The notes under the pieces are model-generated. The model worked only from the letters and a program-made list of their open reading frames with translations. It did not search any database and was not told where the DNA came from. A program made the translations under genes and the position numbers. A stretch of 64,000 nt of DNA from Octopus vulgaris (taxonomy: Eukaryota): positions 14,508,001 to 14,572,000 of the forward strand of contig OX597820.1 in NCBI GenBank assembly GCA_951406725.2, given 5' to 3'. Of this stretch, positions 48,259 through 60,905 are shown one piece after another. The first letter of the stretch is position 1. Each line of letters starts with the position of its first letter.

Positions 48259-48724
48259 CAAACCTGCCAACAAATTTCCCATACTTTTACAATTTTCCAT
48301 AAAATTCATATACCAACTTTGTGAGTTTATTAACTCCTCTGCGAATTTCTTAATTACTCCTCGTCTAATTTATTAATTCCTTGTGAGTTATTTAAAACCT
48401 TATCAAGTTTATTAATTCCTCATGCCCACTGTTATAATCGTTGAAAATGTTGGATTGCTATAACACCCACTTTAGTATAAAGTATACTTAGTAAAACCAC
48501 ATCTCTGACCGCCTACTACATACTCCCCTGTACAGGTTTGTACTCTCTTATTTATAGAGACCTTTTCATACTACTTGTCATGTGGGAGTGGTGTACCATT
48601 ATTCCTGTCATCCCTATAACAGATTGATACCTATTTTATGAACTTTGAAAGAGCGAAAATCAAAGCTGATCCCACTGAGATTCAAATTGGATGCAGCACT
48701 GATAACAGTAATCAGCAGCAGCAA

Positions 48725-49116
48725 GTGGCGGCACAATGGTCCAGTGGTTAGGGCAGCGGACTCGCGGTCAGAGGATCGCGGTTTCAAATCCCAGACTGGG
48801 TTTTGTGTGTGTTTATTGAGCGAAAACACCTAAAGCTCCACGAGGCTTAGGTAGGGGGTGGTGGCAACCCCTGTTGTATTCTTTCACCCCAATTTTCTCT
48901 CACTCTTTCTTCCTGTTTCTTGTCCCCGACTTCCTATGCAACCGCTGAGCCTGGGTGCGCATTCGTCCATCCGTTGATGCTCTCGGTGTCCTCCTTTCGG
49001 TTGACCTCCTTTCTCTTCTGCGGGTCTTACGAATAACAAAGGACCATGTTTCAGACTTCTCCCATCTTGTGAGCTCTGGGACGAAGACCGTTCGCTCAAC
49101 AGCAACAGCAACAGCA
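48725..49116 (+). mobile_element. tRNA-derived SINE, single-copy family in this window
   Basis: ggcacaatggtccagtggttagggcagcggac...ggtttcaaatccc head; (caacag)n tail; inserted at a (cag)n site. Confidence 0.75.
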
Positions 49117-51119
49117 TAAGAATAGCTGATGATTCTAACAGCGAATAGTTGCTTAAGTGTGTGGTCATGTGCTTAGTTTCACACTTTAGCATTTAGACTG
49201 GGTGATTACCAGCTCAGTCCTTGTTGCTCCACTCAGGTGAAGCACACAGGCTAAGGGTCAAAATGCTTGTGACTCTGAGATACCGGCTGACGATACAGAA
49301 AGGTTTCCAGCATTGCAATGTATTTAGAAAAGTTGGTGGTTTCTGTAGGAGGCAAAGCATCTCTGATATTCATTTCACCTCACCAGACTAGTCATATCTG
49401 GCTCAAATATTCTGCCTGTTTATGTTAAAATTGGCCACATCCAGCCTCTCACACCTATCCTACAATGTCATTCTGAAAATAAGCAGTCACATCATGCATT
49501 ATCTTGCAGCTGCAAGATTTCTATGATCAGTTCAAAACTATGTGAATGGATTAGCATTTCGCTTGACAGCGTAATCAGAATGCTAAAGAGTTAGTATTCG
49601 ACATGGCTACAGTCTCACACAAATGTGTAAAATAATTGAGGATGTGAGCAGATAGTCACCCGAGAATGCAGTTATGTGGTTGGTTTAGTAACCAACGTAG
49701 CTGCAGTCCCACAGATGTGGTACCTCTGATGTCAGGATCCATTATGAATGGGTTAGATAGATGACAGGAATTTTAATTAATGCTGAATGCATCACAAAAG
49801 CTGCTTTGTTAGGGACAGCTACACACTATAGGAAGGGGCGTTATTTTGGAGGAGGATGTAGTGGGAACATTAAACAGGATTAACACTACATGTAGTAGAA
49901 CCCCTCCCTCTCCTCTATGAAAAAAATTGCTTGTTGTAATTCATGCATAAAAAAGGCAATTATCTTTCATATGTCAGAACCTTATAACTATGAAAGGAAC
50001 AAATCAAAATGATAACAATAAGTTTACTTACTTTGGCTTGAGGCCCACACATCTGAAAGAGCATCACTGTGGTTGACTGAATATCTAGAAGTTGTGGTAC
50101 TTGATACCAGGAAAAAAAAAAAAAAGTTGACCTTGGTAAGGCTTGAATTCAGAATATAAATACAACTATGAGGTATTTCAAATGGCTGCGCCACCAGTTT
50201 TTCAATCCCACCATGACCGATATCCAAACTACAGTGGAGAAGGCTAACCACTGGATTTGATTAAAAAGAGACGATGAGCGATGGCGAGAAGAATATTGAG
50301 CTTTATTTAATAACCAGCTGATCTAGCAAGTGCACATTGATGCCATCGAGAGGTAGGCCCCAAAACAGCGCGCATTCTCTCCTGATGACCCCATACACAT
50401 GCTGGCTTCCGGTATGCGGAGTTTTTGACTGGTAGCACTTGCATGTGCAAGTTGTTTGCAAGACATCTTCTACTAGTGTTAGCATCAGACTAAGACTGGT
50501 TGTCATGCAGCGGTGTGAACAAACACACACATACACAAATATAGGTGTGTGCGCGTGCGCGTGCATGCATGTGTATAATCATCATCACCATAAACGTTTG
50601 ATGTCCACTTTCCATGCTGGCATGGGTTGGAGCAGCTTGACAGGAACTAGCAAGGCCAGGGTCCTGCACCAAGTTCCATGGTCTGTTTTGGTTTCATTTC
50701 TACAATTCGATGCCTTTAACGCCAACCACTCCACAGAGTGTACTGGGTGCCAGTCATTAAACTGTTGCCATGCTGGGGCACTGTCTTGAAGAATTTTGGT
50801 GAAACAAATTGAAAACGAATGGTTTGCTTAACGAACAAATTGCATAGTGAATAGTTCTCCTGAAGAAAATGATATTCAGCCAATGAGTTACAATTTGAGC
50901 TCCAAACCAAGAGTAGATTATGCAGACAGAAATGGTTGGGAGAACATTTACAAATGGTTCAATAGCATCTATGTACACCTTTCATGTTTGCTTTCCAACC
51001 CCATGGTTGTGGGTTCAGTCCCACACTGTGGCATGTCAGGCAAGTGTCTTCTACTATAACATCGGGCCTATCAAATCCTTGTGAGTGGATTTTGTAAACG
51101 GAAACTGAAAGAAGCTCAT

Positions 51120-51157
<38 letters not shown>

Positions 51158-51414
51158 GCAAATGGAAGATGGAATATATGAGAATTTATTGCCATGAACA
51201 TAACGATCACTGTGAAAGTGACTGTGCTCTACCAGTAAACTACCAGGTGTAAACCATTCATTTTATATGTGGTTGGTGTTAGGATGGGCATCCAGCTGTA
51301 GGAACTTTGCCAGATCAGATTGGAGCCTGGTACAGCCTCCTGGTTTGCCAGTCCTCAAGCCGTCCAACCCATGCCAGCATGGAAAGTGGACGTTAAAAGA
51401 CAACAATGATGGCG

Positions 51415-51460
<46 letters not shown>

Positions 51461-52013
51461 GCAGTCTATGCTGGGTTATATATGCAATGGCACATACTCT
51501 GTGCAACATAAACACATTGGTCATTTTAACCAATTAATTATGCTGTGTAACCAGCTGTAAATTTTGAAGAAAAATCTGATGGTGTCCCAGTCTCCATAGT
51601 TCATCATTTTTAATGTTACGTGGAGAATAATTATATTCTACGTGTTTATGTGTATGCAATATAAAAAGAAAAAAAAAAAATTGAAGAATTTTCAAAGAAT
51701 GAATGTTCACATATCATAGTTCAACTAAAATTACGTTTGTGTCTGTAGTCTTCAGGTGAGTTTGACTTATATGGCAGTTCAGCAACAAAGACCAATAGAA
51801 CAGATACCATGCTTTACCAAAAAATAAGTTCTGGGGTTAATTCATTGGACTAAAATTCTTCAACCCAGTGCTCCAGCATGGCCACAGTCAAATGACTGAA
51901 ACGAGTAAAAGATGAGACAGATAACAAAAGTGAAAAGGACGGAAGGGAACAGCGATAAATAAGGGGTCACGTGTTGCTTTGAGTCTTTTGTATAGAAAAA
52001 TGTTTTAAGTGTA

Positions 52014-52375
52014 TTATTCTTTTATTCTTTTACTTGTTTCAGTCATCTGACTGTGGCCATGCTGGAGCACCGCCTTTAGTTGAGCAAATTGATCCCAGGA
52101 CTTATGCTTTGTAAGCCTAGTACTTATTCTATCAGTCCCTTTTGCCAAACTGCAAGTTACGGGGGCGTAAACACCCCAGCATCTGTTTTCAAGCGATGTT
52201 AGGGGGACAAACATATACACACGATGGGCTTCTTTCAGTTTCCATCTACCAAATCCACTCACAAGGCTTTGGTCGGCCTGAGGCTATAGTAGAAGACACT
52301 TGCCCAAAGTGCCACGCAGTGGGACTGAACCCGTAACCACGTGATTGGTAAGCAACACAGCCACTCCTGCGCCTT
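52014..52375 (-). mobile_element. SINE family B
   Basis: Near-complete; an inverted B tail lies at about 51760-51912. Confidence 0.85.
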
Positions 52376-53263
52376 ATTATATATATACTTTTGAATTTTG
52401 TGGCTGAAAGAGGCTTTTTTTTTGTAGTAGAAAATAATAGTCATATCTAACTGACCCGGATCTGGCTTTGCTGTGTGTGTGTATGTATGTATTTATTTGC
52501 ATTGGTGGATGGACAGGTAACCCTAACCCTCATTTCACACCTTTCTGTGGAGTTTAGGTGCGGCTTAGAACGGATCACCGCTGTTATTTATATGTATTTC
52601 AATTACTCATGTAACGAATGATTGGTTTTAACGAACAAGGCCCCATTACTGATTCTGATCCTCCATAGTGAGACCCCTCTATTCTTATTTTATTACATGC
52701 ATAAAACTCTCCCTTAATTTTATGTTGTTTAACCATAGCACAGAATAGAAATAAAACCAAAAATACTAATATTCAACCTTTTATTTATATTTTTATGCAG
52801 GTTATTAATTTTGTTTTTGTGTAAATGGTATTATTTAGTTATTGATTTTTTTTTTTTACTTGTTTTATTATTCTGCTTTTTTAGTTTTTTAAATATTTTT
52901 TCTGTTGCTTTTTTATGCTTTTGAAACCAAATACCAAGGCCTTGACATTCCTTATATTTCAATGAACTTGTGACTTTCATTTATCAAATACCAACTGGTG
53001 GTGGTGGTGTTGGTGGTGGTGGTCACTATGGTAGTTGTGATGGACAATAATGGAAAACTTGCTTTTTTTTCTTTCTTAATTATCTAATTGATTGACTTGG
53101 TCCTCATCAAGTGTGTGTGTGTGTGTGTGTGTGTGTATGGCTCTTGTGGTACTGTTAATTATTTGGAGAGGCTATATATATTGTCTGTCTGTCTGTCTGT
53201 AACCATGTTTGTATTCTACACTTATTATTGATTTGATAGCAAGCAAAACACTACGTATGTATG

Positions 53264-53305
<42 letters not shown>

Positions 53306-53310
53306 CACGT

Positions 53311-53341
<31 letters not shown>

Positions 53342-53413
53342 AAACAATGACTGAAACAAAAAGATTAAGAAGTAGGGGTGGGGGTAACTATTTCATTAGA
53401 TAATTAATATGGC

Positions 53414-53461
<48 letters not shown>

Positions 53462-54728
53462 CATGCATGCACACACACAAATGTGTGTGTACTTGTATAT
53501 GTATGTATATATCTAGGGAGGGTCATTACACCAATAATACATACAACAGCATCTATATATATATGTGTGTTTGTGTGTGTGTGTATGTATATATATATAT
53601 ATATTGTATGTATATATATATATTGTATGTATATATATATATGTATATATATGTATATTGTATGTATTTGTATGTATATATATTTATGTATATGTAAACA
53701 TATGTATATATATGTGTGTGTATCTATATGGACGTATCTCTATGTAATATTCTTTCTCTTCTCTCCTTCAGACTTTGGAAGACTTTATATCACGAAATTG
53801 GAATTGTTCCATGGAACTGTCATTGTGAGCTTATGAAAGGTCAGTTACTCTTACTACACATATTCTTTTTTTTTTTTGTCTCTTCTATATACTTTTTTAA
53901 TATTTTTGTTTTTGCTCCTAATTTATAAAAACCTGTAACACACACACACACACACACACACAATTTCCATTATTCACATGCTTAAAATTTTTGCATTTTC
54001 CACATATTCAGTGTCTTTCCAGACATATTTACACATCAATATAGATACGTACCTATACGATACAGACTTTTATGTAATCACGTGCTCACAGTTTATCCAC
54101 ATGCTATCAGCCGCAGGAGTGGCTGTGAGGTAAGACACTTGCTTCACCACCAAACGGTTTCAAGTTCAGTCCCACTGCATGGTACCTTGGGCAAGTGTCT
54201 TCTACTATAGCCTCAGGCCGACTAAAACCCTGAGAGTGGATTTGGTAGATGGAAACTGAAGAAGCCCAGTGTGTGTGTAATATATATATATTTATATATA
54301 TATATATATACATATTTTTTAACTTTTCCTTTTTTTTTTGTCATTGGACTGTGGCCATGCTGGGGCACCACCTTGAAGGGTTTTGTTGAGCAAATCGACC
54401 CTATTGCTTATGTTTTTTTTTTTTTCAAGTCTGGTACTTGTTCTCTGCCTTTTTTTGCAAGACCACAAAGTTATAAGAATGTAAACAAACCAACACCTGT
54501 TGTCAAGCAGTGGTTGGGGACAAACACACGCACACAGTAGGTTTCCACACAGTTTCCATCTACCAAGTTAACTCAATGCTTGATAAAATAAATACCAGTT
54601 GAACACTGAGGTCGATGTAATCAATTAACCCTACCTCCTCCTAAAATTGCTGATCTGGTACCAAAATTTGAAACAATAATAATAATTTTTATTATTATTA
54701 ATATTGGTTTCTAATTTTGGCACAAAGC

Positions 54729-54903
54729 TCGGGGAGCCCTGACTGTGGTCGATCCCCCTGAGTGGGCTTTCATGCGACTCAGGATGACCCACTGACATCA
54801 CAAGCCTCGGCTTCACGGTGGCCGAGGGTTCTGTTTCGGTATGTTTGGTTACCCTCGTACGGGAGGGACCTATGTTTGGTTACCCTCTTATGGGAGTGAC
54901 CCT
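54729..54903. other. GC-rich hairpin-dense segment replacing the middle of a SINE A copy
   Basis: SINE A (minus) sequence stops at about 54728 and resumes at about 54904; the segment has four hairpins and a 31-bp duplication (54840, 54871). Confidence 0.7.
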
Positions 54904-55009
54904 AAGGCAATGTCGACATGAGTGGAATTTGAACTCAGAACATAAAGACGAACAAAATTCCACTAAACATACCGTCCAGCATGTTAACAAATCTGCCAAC
55001 TTGTCATCT

Positions 55010-55044
<35 letters not shown>

Positions 55045-55080
55045 TAATTATTATTATTGTTGTTATTACTGCTTCGATTG

Positions 55081-55400
55081 GAAGGTGCAAGACTCAGTGG
55101 TTAGAACATCGAGCTTACGATTGTGAAGTTGTGAGTTCGATTCTCAGAGCAGGCTATGGTGTGTTCTTGAGCAAGACACTTTATTTCACATTGCTCCAGT
55201 TCACTCAGCTGTAGAAATAAGTTGCTACGTAACTGGTGCCAAGCTGTATCAGCCTTGGATAACATCCATGGCAAAGAAAGGCGTGGCTGGTATGCACGGG
55301 TGATTGCTGATCATTCCATAAACAACCATGCCTAGACTTGTGCCACATAGGGGAACTTTCCAGGTGCAGCCCCATGACTGAAAGGGGTCTTTGCTCCCTT
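55081..55400 (+). mobile_element. SINE family C
   Basis: Matches 3262-3620. Confidence 0.85.
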
Positions 55401-55725
55401 ATTCCTCATTTTATTTCTTAGATTGAGGAAGAGGAACAGTACTGGAAATCCCTTCTGGTTTATTTAGGATAATGCTATCAATATAATACATATACGCATA
55501 CATATAATATGCATGTGTATGTTTGAATATACAAACAAGAAGAAAACATACTCAGATATAATTAGAAATGTATTTCGTTTTGGGATTTGGTTTGCAAGAT
55601 TCTTTATATGAGTTCGTGTGTTGAAGCATATTCTGTTGTGTCTGGGGAGAGTCATTTTCTTTTTGTGCCTTATAATCTAACACACTCACCAGTAAAATTT
55701 CCACTTATTTCTTATTTTTATTTTC

Positions 55726-55762
55726 CTAAAATTTTCATTGCGTCTTGCAACCTTTTCAATAG
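55726..55762 (-). ncRNA. Minimal hammerhead-like motif with a U3-A8 core variant
   Basis: Minus strand: CUA-UUGAAAA-G-GUUGC aagac GCAAU-GAAA-AUUU-UAG, with AATAAA a few nt downstream (55722-55717). Confidence 0.5.
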
Positions 55763-56986
55763 CCTTGACCCTGTCCGTTATTTACACTGCGTTCCCTCTT
55801 GTTTGTTTGTGCTCATATGTGTGGGTCAGTGTGTGTGTGTGTGCATTTATACATGCATGAATGTACGTATGTATGTATGTGTGTGTTTGCATATGTATTT
55901 ATGTATATATGTGTGTGTATGCAAATGCATATTAGAAATGTAATTCCACTTCACTTTCACATATGCATATTAGAAATGTAATTATTTATTATTGCAAATT
56001 GGTGATTATTCTCTTCTGATGTTGCTCCAAGTTTTATGAGTATTCTTGCTGATCATTCCACTGGAAACTGAATTATTAAAGGAGGTTGTGTAACAAGTAT
56101 GCCTTTCTCATACTGGACTTCATGCTATTTCGCAGTGGTCAGGTTTATTATACTGTTAAACATTGTCCTTTGAGCTGGTTGGTAGTCTCATTGATATCTC
56201 CATACTGTAAGTTTCTATGAAATAACTTGAGAAACACAAACACACATGCATACGTACCCAATACAAATGTGTTTTTCAGCGAGTAGAGTCTAGCACTTTG
56301 TCTTTTGAGCTTCAGAGATCTTCTCTTCTGTGTTTGGTGAATGGTGTCTGTAAGCATAAATGTTCGCTATTCATCTCTCTGTGGCCTTAATCAGAAATGA
56401 ATTAAGCTGCATAAAGGACCTTTGTAAAGAAGTTTTGCTAAGCCAAGTATCTTGTATCAGATAGTTTTCTTATGTAAACTTTGCATTATTTATAGCAACA
56501 GGAAGGCGGCTTTGTTTAATATATATGGACGAAAGTAGAAGAAATACAAATGCTGTATAGATAGATGTGTCTGTGATGGGTGATGATGGCAGCGGAAGTG
56601 GTGGTGGTTGATAGAAACATGTAAGAGTGTGTGTTGCAGTTCCTGGCAGACAGAGGACAGACAGTGCATCTATAACTTTCTCGAGTGTCCAGAATGCATT
56701 GATGTAGTAAGAAATCTATTCAAGCAACCTTTAAATAAAGAAGAAAAGCAAACGAGACAGAGAGAGAGAGAGAAATAAAAGATGACCTGTATTTAATGGA
56801 TTTCTAGATGTTTGTAGATAAAGTTTTGTTGCCCAAGTGATTTAATTGGTGTGAGGATGGAGATGAAACAAAGCAGTGACATGAAGCTGCCGTTAAGTAG
56901 ATGCAAGTTCGTTTATATTTTGTCTGTCTAGCCAAGAGGTTAAATATGTATGTGTAGTGGTTGTCTGAAAAAATGTCTGGTTTCTA

Positions 56987-57199
56987 TACTCTTTTACTCT
57001 TTACTCTCTTTTACTTGCTTCAGTCATTCGACTGTGGCCATGCTGGAGCACCGCCTTTATTCGAACAAATCGACTTATTCTTTGTAATCCTAGTACTTTA
57101 TTCTATCGGTCTCTTTTGACGAACTGCTAAGTTACGGGGGATGTAAACACACCAGCATCGGTTGTTAAGCAATGTTGGGGGGGACAAACAGACACACAA

Positions 57200-57238
<39 letters not shown>

Positions 57239-57368
57239 GACTTGTTTTATTTATATTTCCTGAGCGCCATACTAATACAATTGTTTGTTTGTATTCCACC
57301 TGCCTTCGTCTTTTGTTTATTTCCGTAAACCTGCCTTCGTCTTTTGTCTATTTTCATAAAGCTTCCCG

Positions 57369-57414
<46 letters not shown>

Positions 57415-57556
57415 CGGGCTTCTTTCAGTTTCCGTCTACCAAATCCAATCACAAGGCTTTGGTTGGCCTGAGGCTATAGCAGAAGACACTTGCCCAAGGT
57501 GTCACACAGTGGGACTGAACCCGGAATCATGTGGTTCGTAAGCAAGCTACTTACCA
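56987..57556 (-). mobile_element. SINE family B with a foreign insertion (about 57236-57372) in its microsatellite
   Basis: Complete B head and tail; the insert carries a duplicated acctgccttcgtcttttgt. Confidence 0.85.
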
Positions 57557-59309
57557 CACAGCCACTCCTACGCCTATATATTTATTTATTTTTATTTTAT
57601 TACATTTTTTTTTTTTTTAGTGTATGACAAGGATGTTTGCTAATGTTAGCAGGTCCGGTCTGCAAAAATAAAATAAATAAATATGGAGAGAAATGTAAAG
57701 AGTAAATTATTTCACTCAGCCTTTTCTTTTTTTTTTCCTTCTATGTGATGCAAATCTGGAGAAGAGACCGAGTTTGGTTGTGTGAGCCGGTTGGTGTAAC
57801 CTAGGATCTAAAAGGCATCGAATGCGTTGCGTGTATGTGAAAGAGAAAGCTAAGAATAGAGGCAAGCGGGTAAGAAATGGGTGATAGACAGACACAGAAT
57901 GAACAAATGTGGTTAGGTCGGCTAGCAGGAAGAGCAGCTGAGACCGGTTGTGTAACACTTGAGAAGTGTTAGTTAATTGAGAGTGATGCAATAGAGAGTG
58001 AATTGGCACCGAGTTTAAACTGGTTAAAGTAATATGACGGTGTGCATGGGCAGGGGCAGGCGGGGTGTCTTGTCTATGGTGGTATTTATATGAAAATAAT
58101 TTGTTTTATTAATTTTTTTGTTTTTGGTATTTGAATTTTTTTTTGTTTTTCCGCGTTTTACTTTTATACTTTTATTCCAATGAATAATTTTAAGTATTTT
58201 GTGTTTCTATGAAATTGTTTTTATATAGACTGTTTATTGCGTTTTTCATGTGTATCTTTATAATATTTGCCTTTTGATGTTGCTAACTGTTGTTGGTTAT
58301 ATTAATGGCGAGTTAAATATAAACTATATAACAGCAATGTCACACACACACACACACACTTGATAAGCTCCATCCCCTGCTGTAAATGTAAATATCATCA
58401 TGTCTGTTGGTTTTTATTGCTGTCTGTGAAGGTTTATTATTATTAATTTTGTATTTTTTTATGTGTGTTGTTTAACTCGAGTGTTTTTTTTTTTTTTTTT
58501 TTTTTTTTGGTTTTTGTCTATATAAAAATGAGTAATAATCACTTAGCGATGAGGATTGTTAACATACTTCACACAAACGATGTTGTAAGAAATCGTAATT
58601 ATTTTTCATGGTTATTGTTGTGTGCATAACAGAAACGTGTTTATCACAAAGAGGAAATTAGTTTCAGTACAAATGCAATCCTGAGCTGCTGTTTTTTTTT
58701 GTTTTTTTTTTGCTTCTTATTTTTTTTATTCGTACGTTCCATCCTTACCTACCTACACACACATATATACATACAAATGCATGCACACTCACACACACAC
58801 ACACATATATATGGTTTTATTTTACTTTTTCACAGGCTGTATATCGATGTAGAATACAAAATTTATATCCACTAGGTGTGTCAAAGTTTCTAACTTAAGC
58901 ATTTTTCTTTTTAAATTGATTGTATTTGTTTTTTTCCCCCCATTTCTGGCTTGCTCGCTTGAAGGTAATTCGGCCTAGACAAGCCGAGTATCAAGCTTCA
59001 CAACATATCAAATAATAGTTTTAGATTTCACTTCAAACAAGACATACAGTATGCTTTTTATTTATTTGTTGTTTTTATTGTGTGTTACTTATGCAATGAT
59101 ATAATACCACCTTCTCAAATTTAGTGATCCATACTCTCAATGTTTGACCTAAGGTCACTCTATGCAGCTCCAGGTGGAAGCCTTGATTATGTTAACTTAT
59201 AAACAGAGGTGTCCCAGCTGTGACTAGTTCGTCTTTTTCCAGGTGTGTCTAAAGCAAGTACATTATTGATTTTCTGGAACCTTTGGCACCAAAGCCTTTT
59301 TGGGTTGCT

Positions 59310-59508
59310 CTTTTTCTCGTTTACTTGTTACAGTCATTTGACTGTGGCCATGCTGGGGCACTGCCTTTAGTCGAGCAAATCGACTCCAGGACTTATTCTT
59401 TGTAAGCCTAGTACTTATTCTATCGGTCTCTTTTGCCAAACTGCTAAGTTGCAGGGACGCAAACACACCACCATTGGTTGTCAAGCGATGTTGGGGGGAC
59501 AAACACAA

Positions 59509-59560
<52 letters not shown>

Positions 59561-59730
59561 GATAGGCTTCTTTCAGTTTCCTCTGCCAAATCCACTCACA
59601 AGGCTTTTTGGTAGCCCGAGGCTATAGTAGAAGACTATAGCCTCTGCCCAAGGTGCCACACAGTGAGGCTGAACCCGGAACTATGTGGTTGGTAGGCATG
59701 CTACTTACCGCACAGCCGCTCCTGCGCCTA
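59310..59730 (-). mobile_element. Full-length SINE family B
   Basis: Complete copy. Confidence 0.9.
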
Positions 59731-60595
59731 TATACTGTTTTTTTTATTTTTTGAAACGAGAGTTGGTGGTCATCTCAGTCGTCTCTCTCTCTCTAAATTA
59801 AACGACTATTCAGTTTAAATAATTAAATGAAATACAGGTACTTGTACACTAATGTAAATTAGTGCAGATTATAATGCATTCTGGACCATCAGTATCTGAA
59901 AAGTTGGTGTTTATACGTGTGTGTTGTTTGTGGGAAACTTAGCTGCTATTTCTAGCTGGCTGAGTGCTAAGTTTATTCAGTCACCTGTGCACTTCATTTG
60001 TGCACAGGGCTGCGTGCATACAAACACATGCATCCTCATACAAATGTACATGTATTGATGTGTCTATGCACATACACACACACACGTGTGTCTGTGTGTA
60101 TGTATATATGTATATGTATATAGATATGTATGTATATATATATATATAATATATATATATTGTGTGTGTGTATGCTTGTGTCTCTCTGCCTTGATGTTGT
60201 ATGACAGTGGTAAATGAGTATCACTGTTATACAGGCGGTGTCCTTTTGCAGTAATCTGTGAGAACATGTCTGGCAGTGAGGAAAGATTAGCGTTGCTTAG
60301 AAACAAGTGATGGTTTGTGACTGGAAGGGCATCCGGCTGTAGGAAGTCAGCCTCAATAAACTTCTTCTAACCCATGCAAGCACAGGAGAGGGACAGTTAA
60401 AATGAGGATGATGGTGATGATGATATTTGTGATGGTGAAATTTCCTCATTCTCCTCATTCCTGATACTTAAATTATTTCCACTTGACCACACTTGGGCTT
60501 CTTTTGTTAGTAAATTCCTTTCTGTCTCATATTCTTGTGACAGCTGACATTTAACTAACCAGACAATGGTGTATCTCAAATAGAGAGACAGACTG

Positions 60596-60905
60596 ATAGA
60601 TATGGATAGATAGATAGATAGATAGATAGATAAAGATAGATAGATAGAGATAGATAGATAAAGATAGATAGATAGATATAGATAGATAGAGAAAGAGAGA
60701 TAGATAGATAAAAATAGATAGATAGCTGGATAGATAGATAGATAGATAGATAAATATAGATAGATAGATAAAGATAAATAGATAGATAGATAGATAGATA
60801 AATATAGATTGATAGATAGATAAATATAGATAGATTGATAGATAGATAGATTGATAGATAGATAGATAGATAAAGATAAATAGATAGATAGATAGATAGA
60901 TAGAA
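60596..60905. repeat. (GATA)n microsatellite
   Basis: About 310 bp of imperfect TAGA repeats. Confidence 0.97.

Larger units (their letters stand above)
47283..48621 (-). mobile_element. Internally deleted Ty3/Gypsy LTR retrotransposon (TRIM-like)
   Basis: Direct repeats 48430-48621 (TGTTATA...TATAACA) and 47283-47702 (split by a MITE); polypurine tract aaaaggggaga on minus next to 47702; primer-binding-site-like gtgggcatgagg after the 5' LTR; integrase remnant between. Confidence 0.85.

Noticed and set aside
48728-48805. Functional tRNA gene (also the family C heads)
   Set aside because: Acceptor and anticodon stems do not pair fully, and the sequence continues into a SINE body and simple-repeat tail.
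50382-50420. CTGATGA as a hammerhead core
   Set aside because: No stem II followed by GAAA downstream.
52518-52530. Interstitial telomeric repeat (TAACCC)2
   Set aside because: Two units only; expected by chance.
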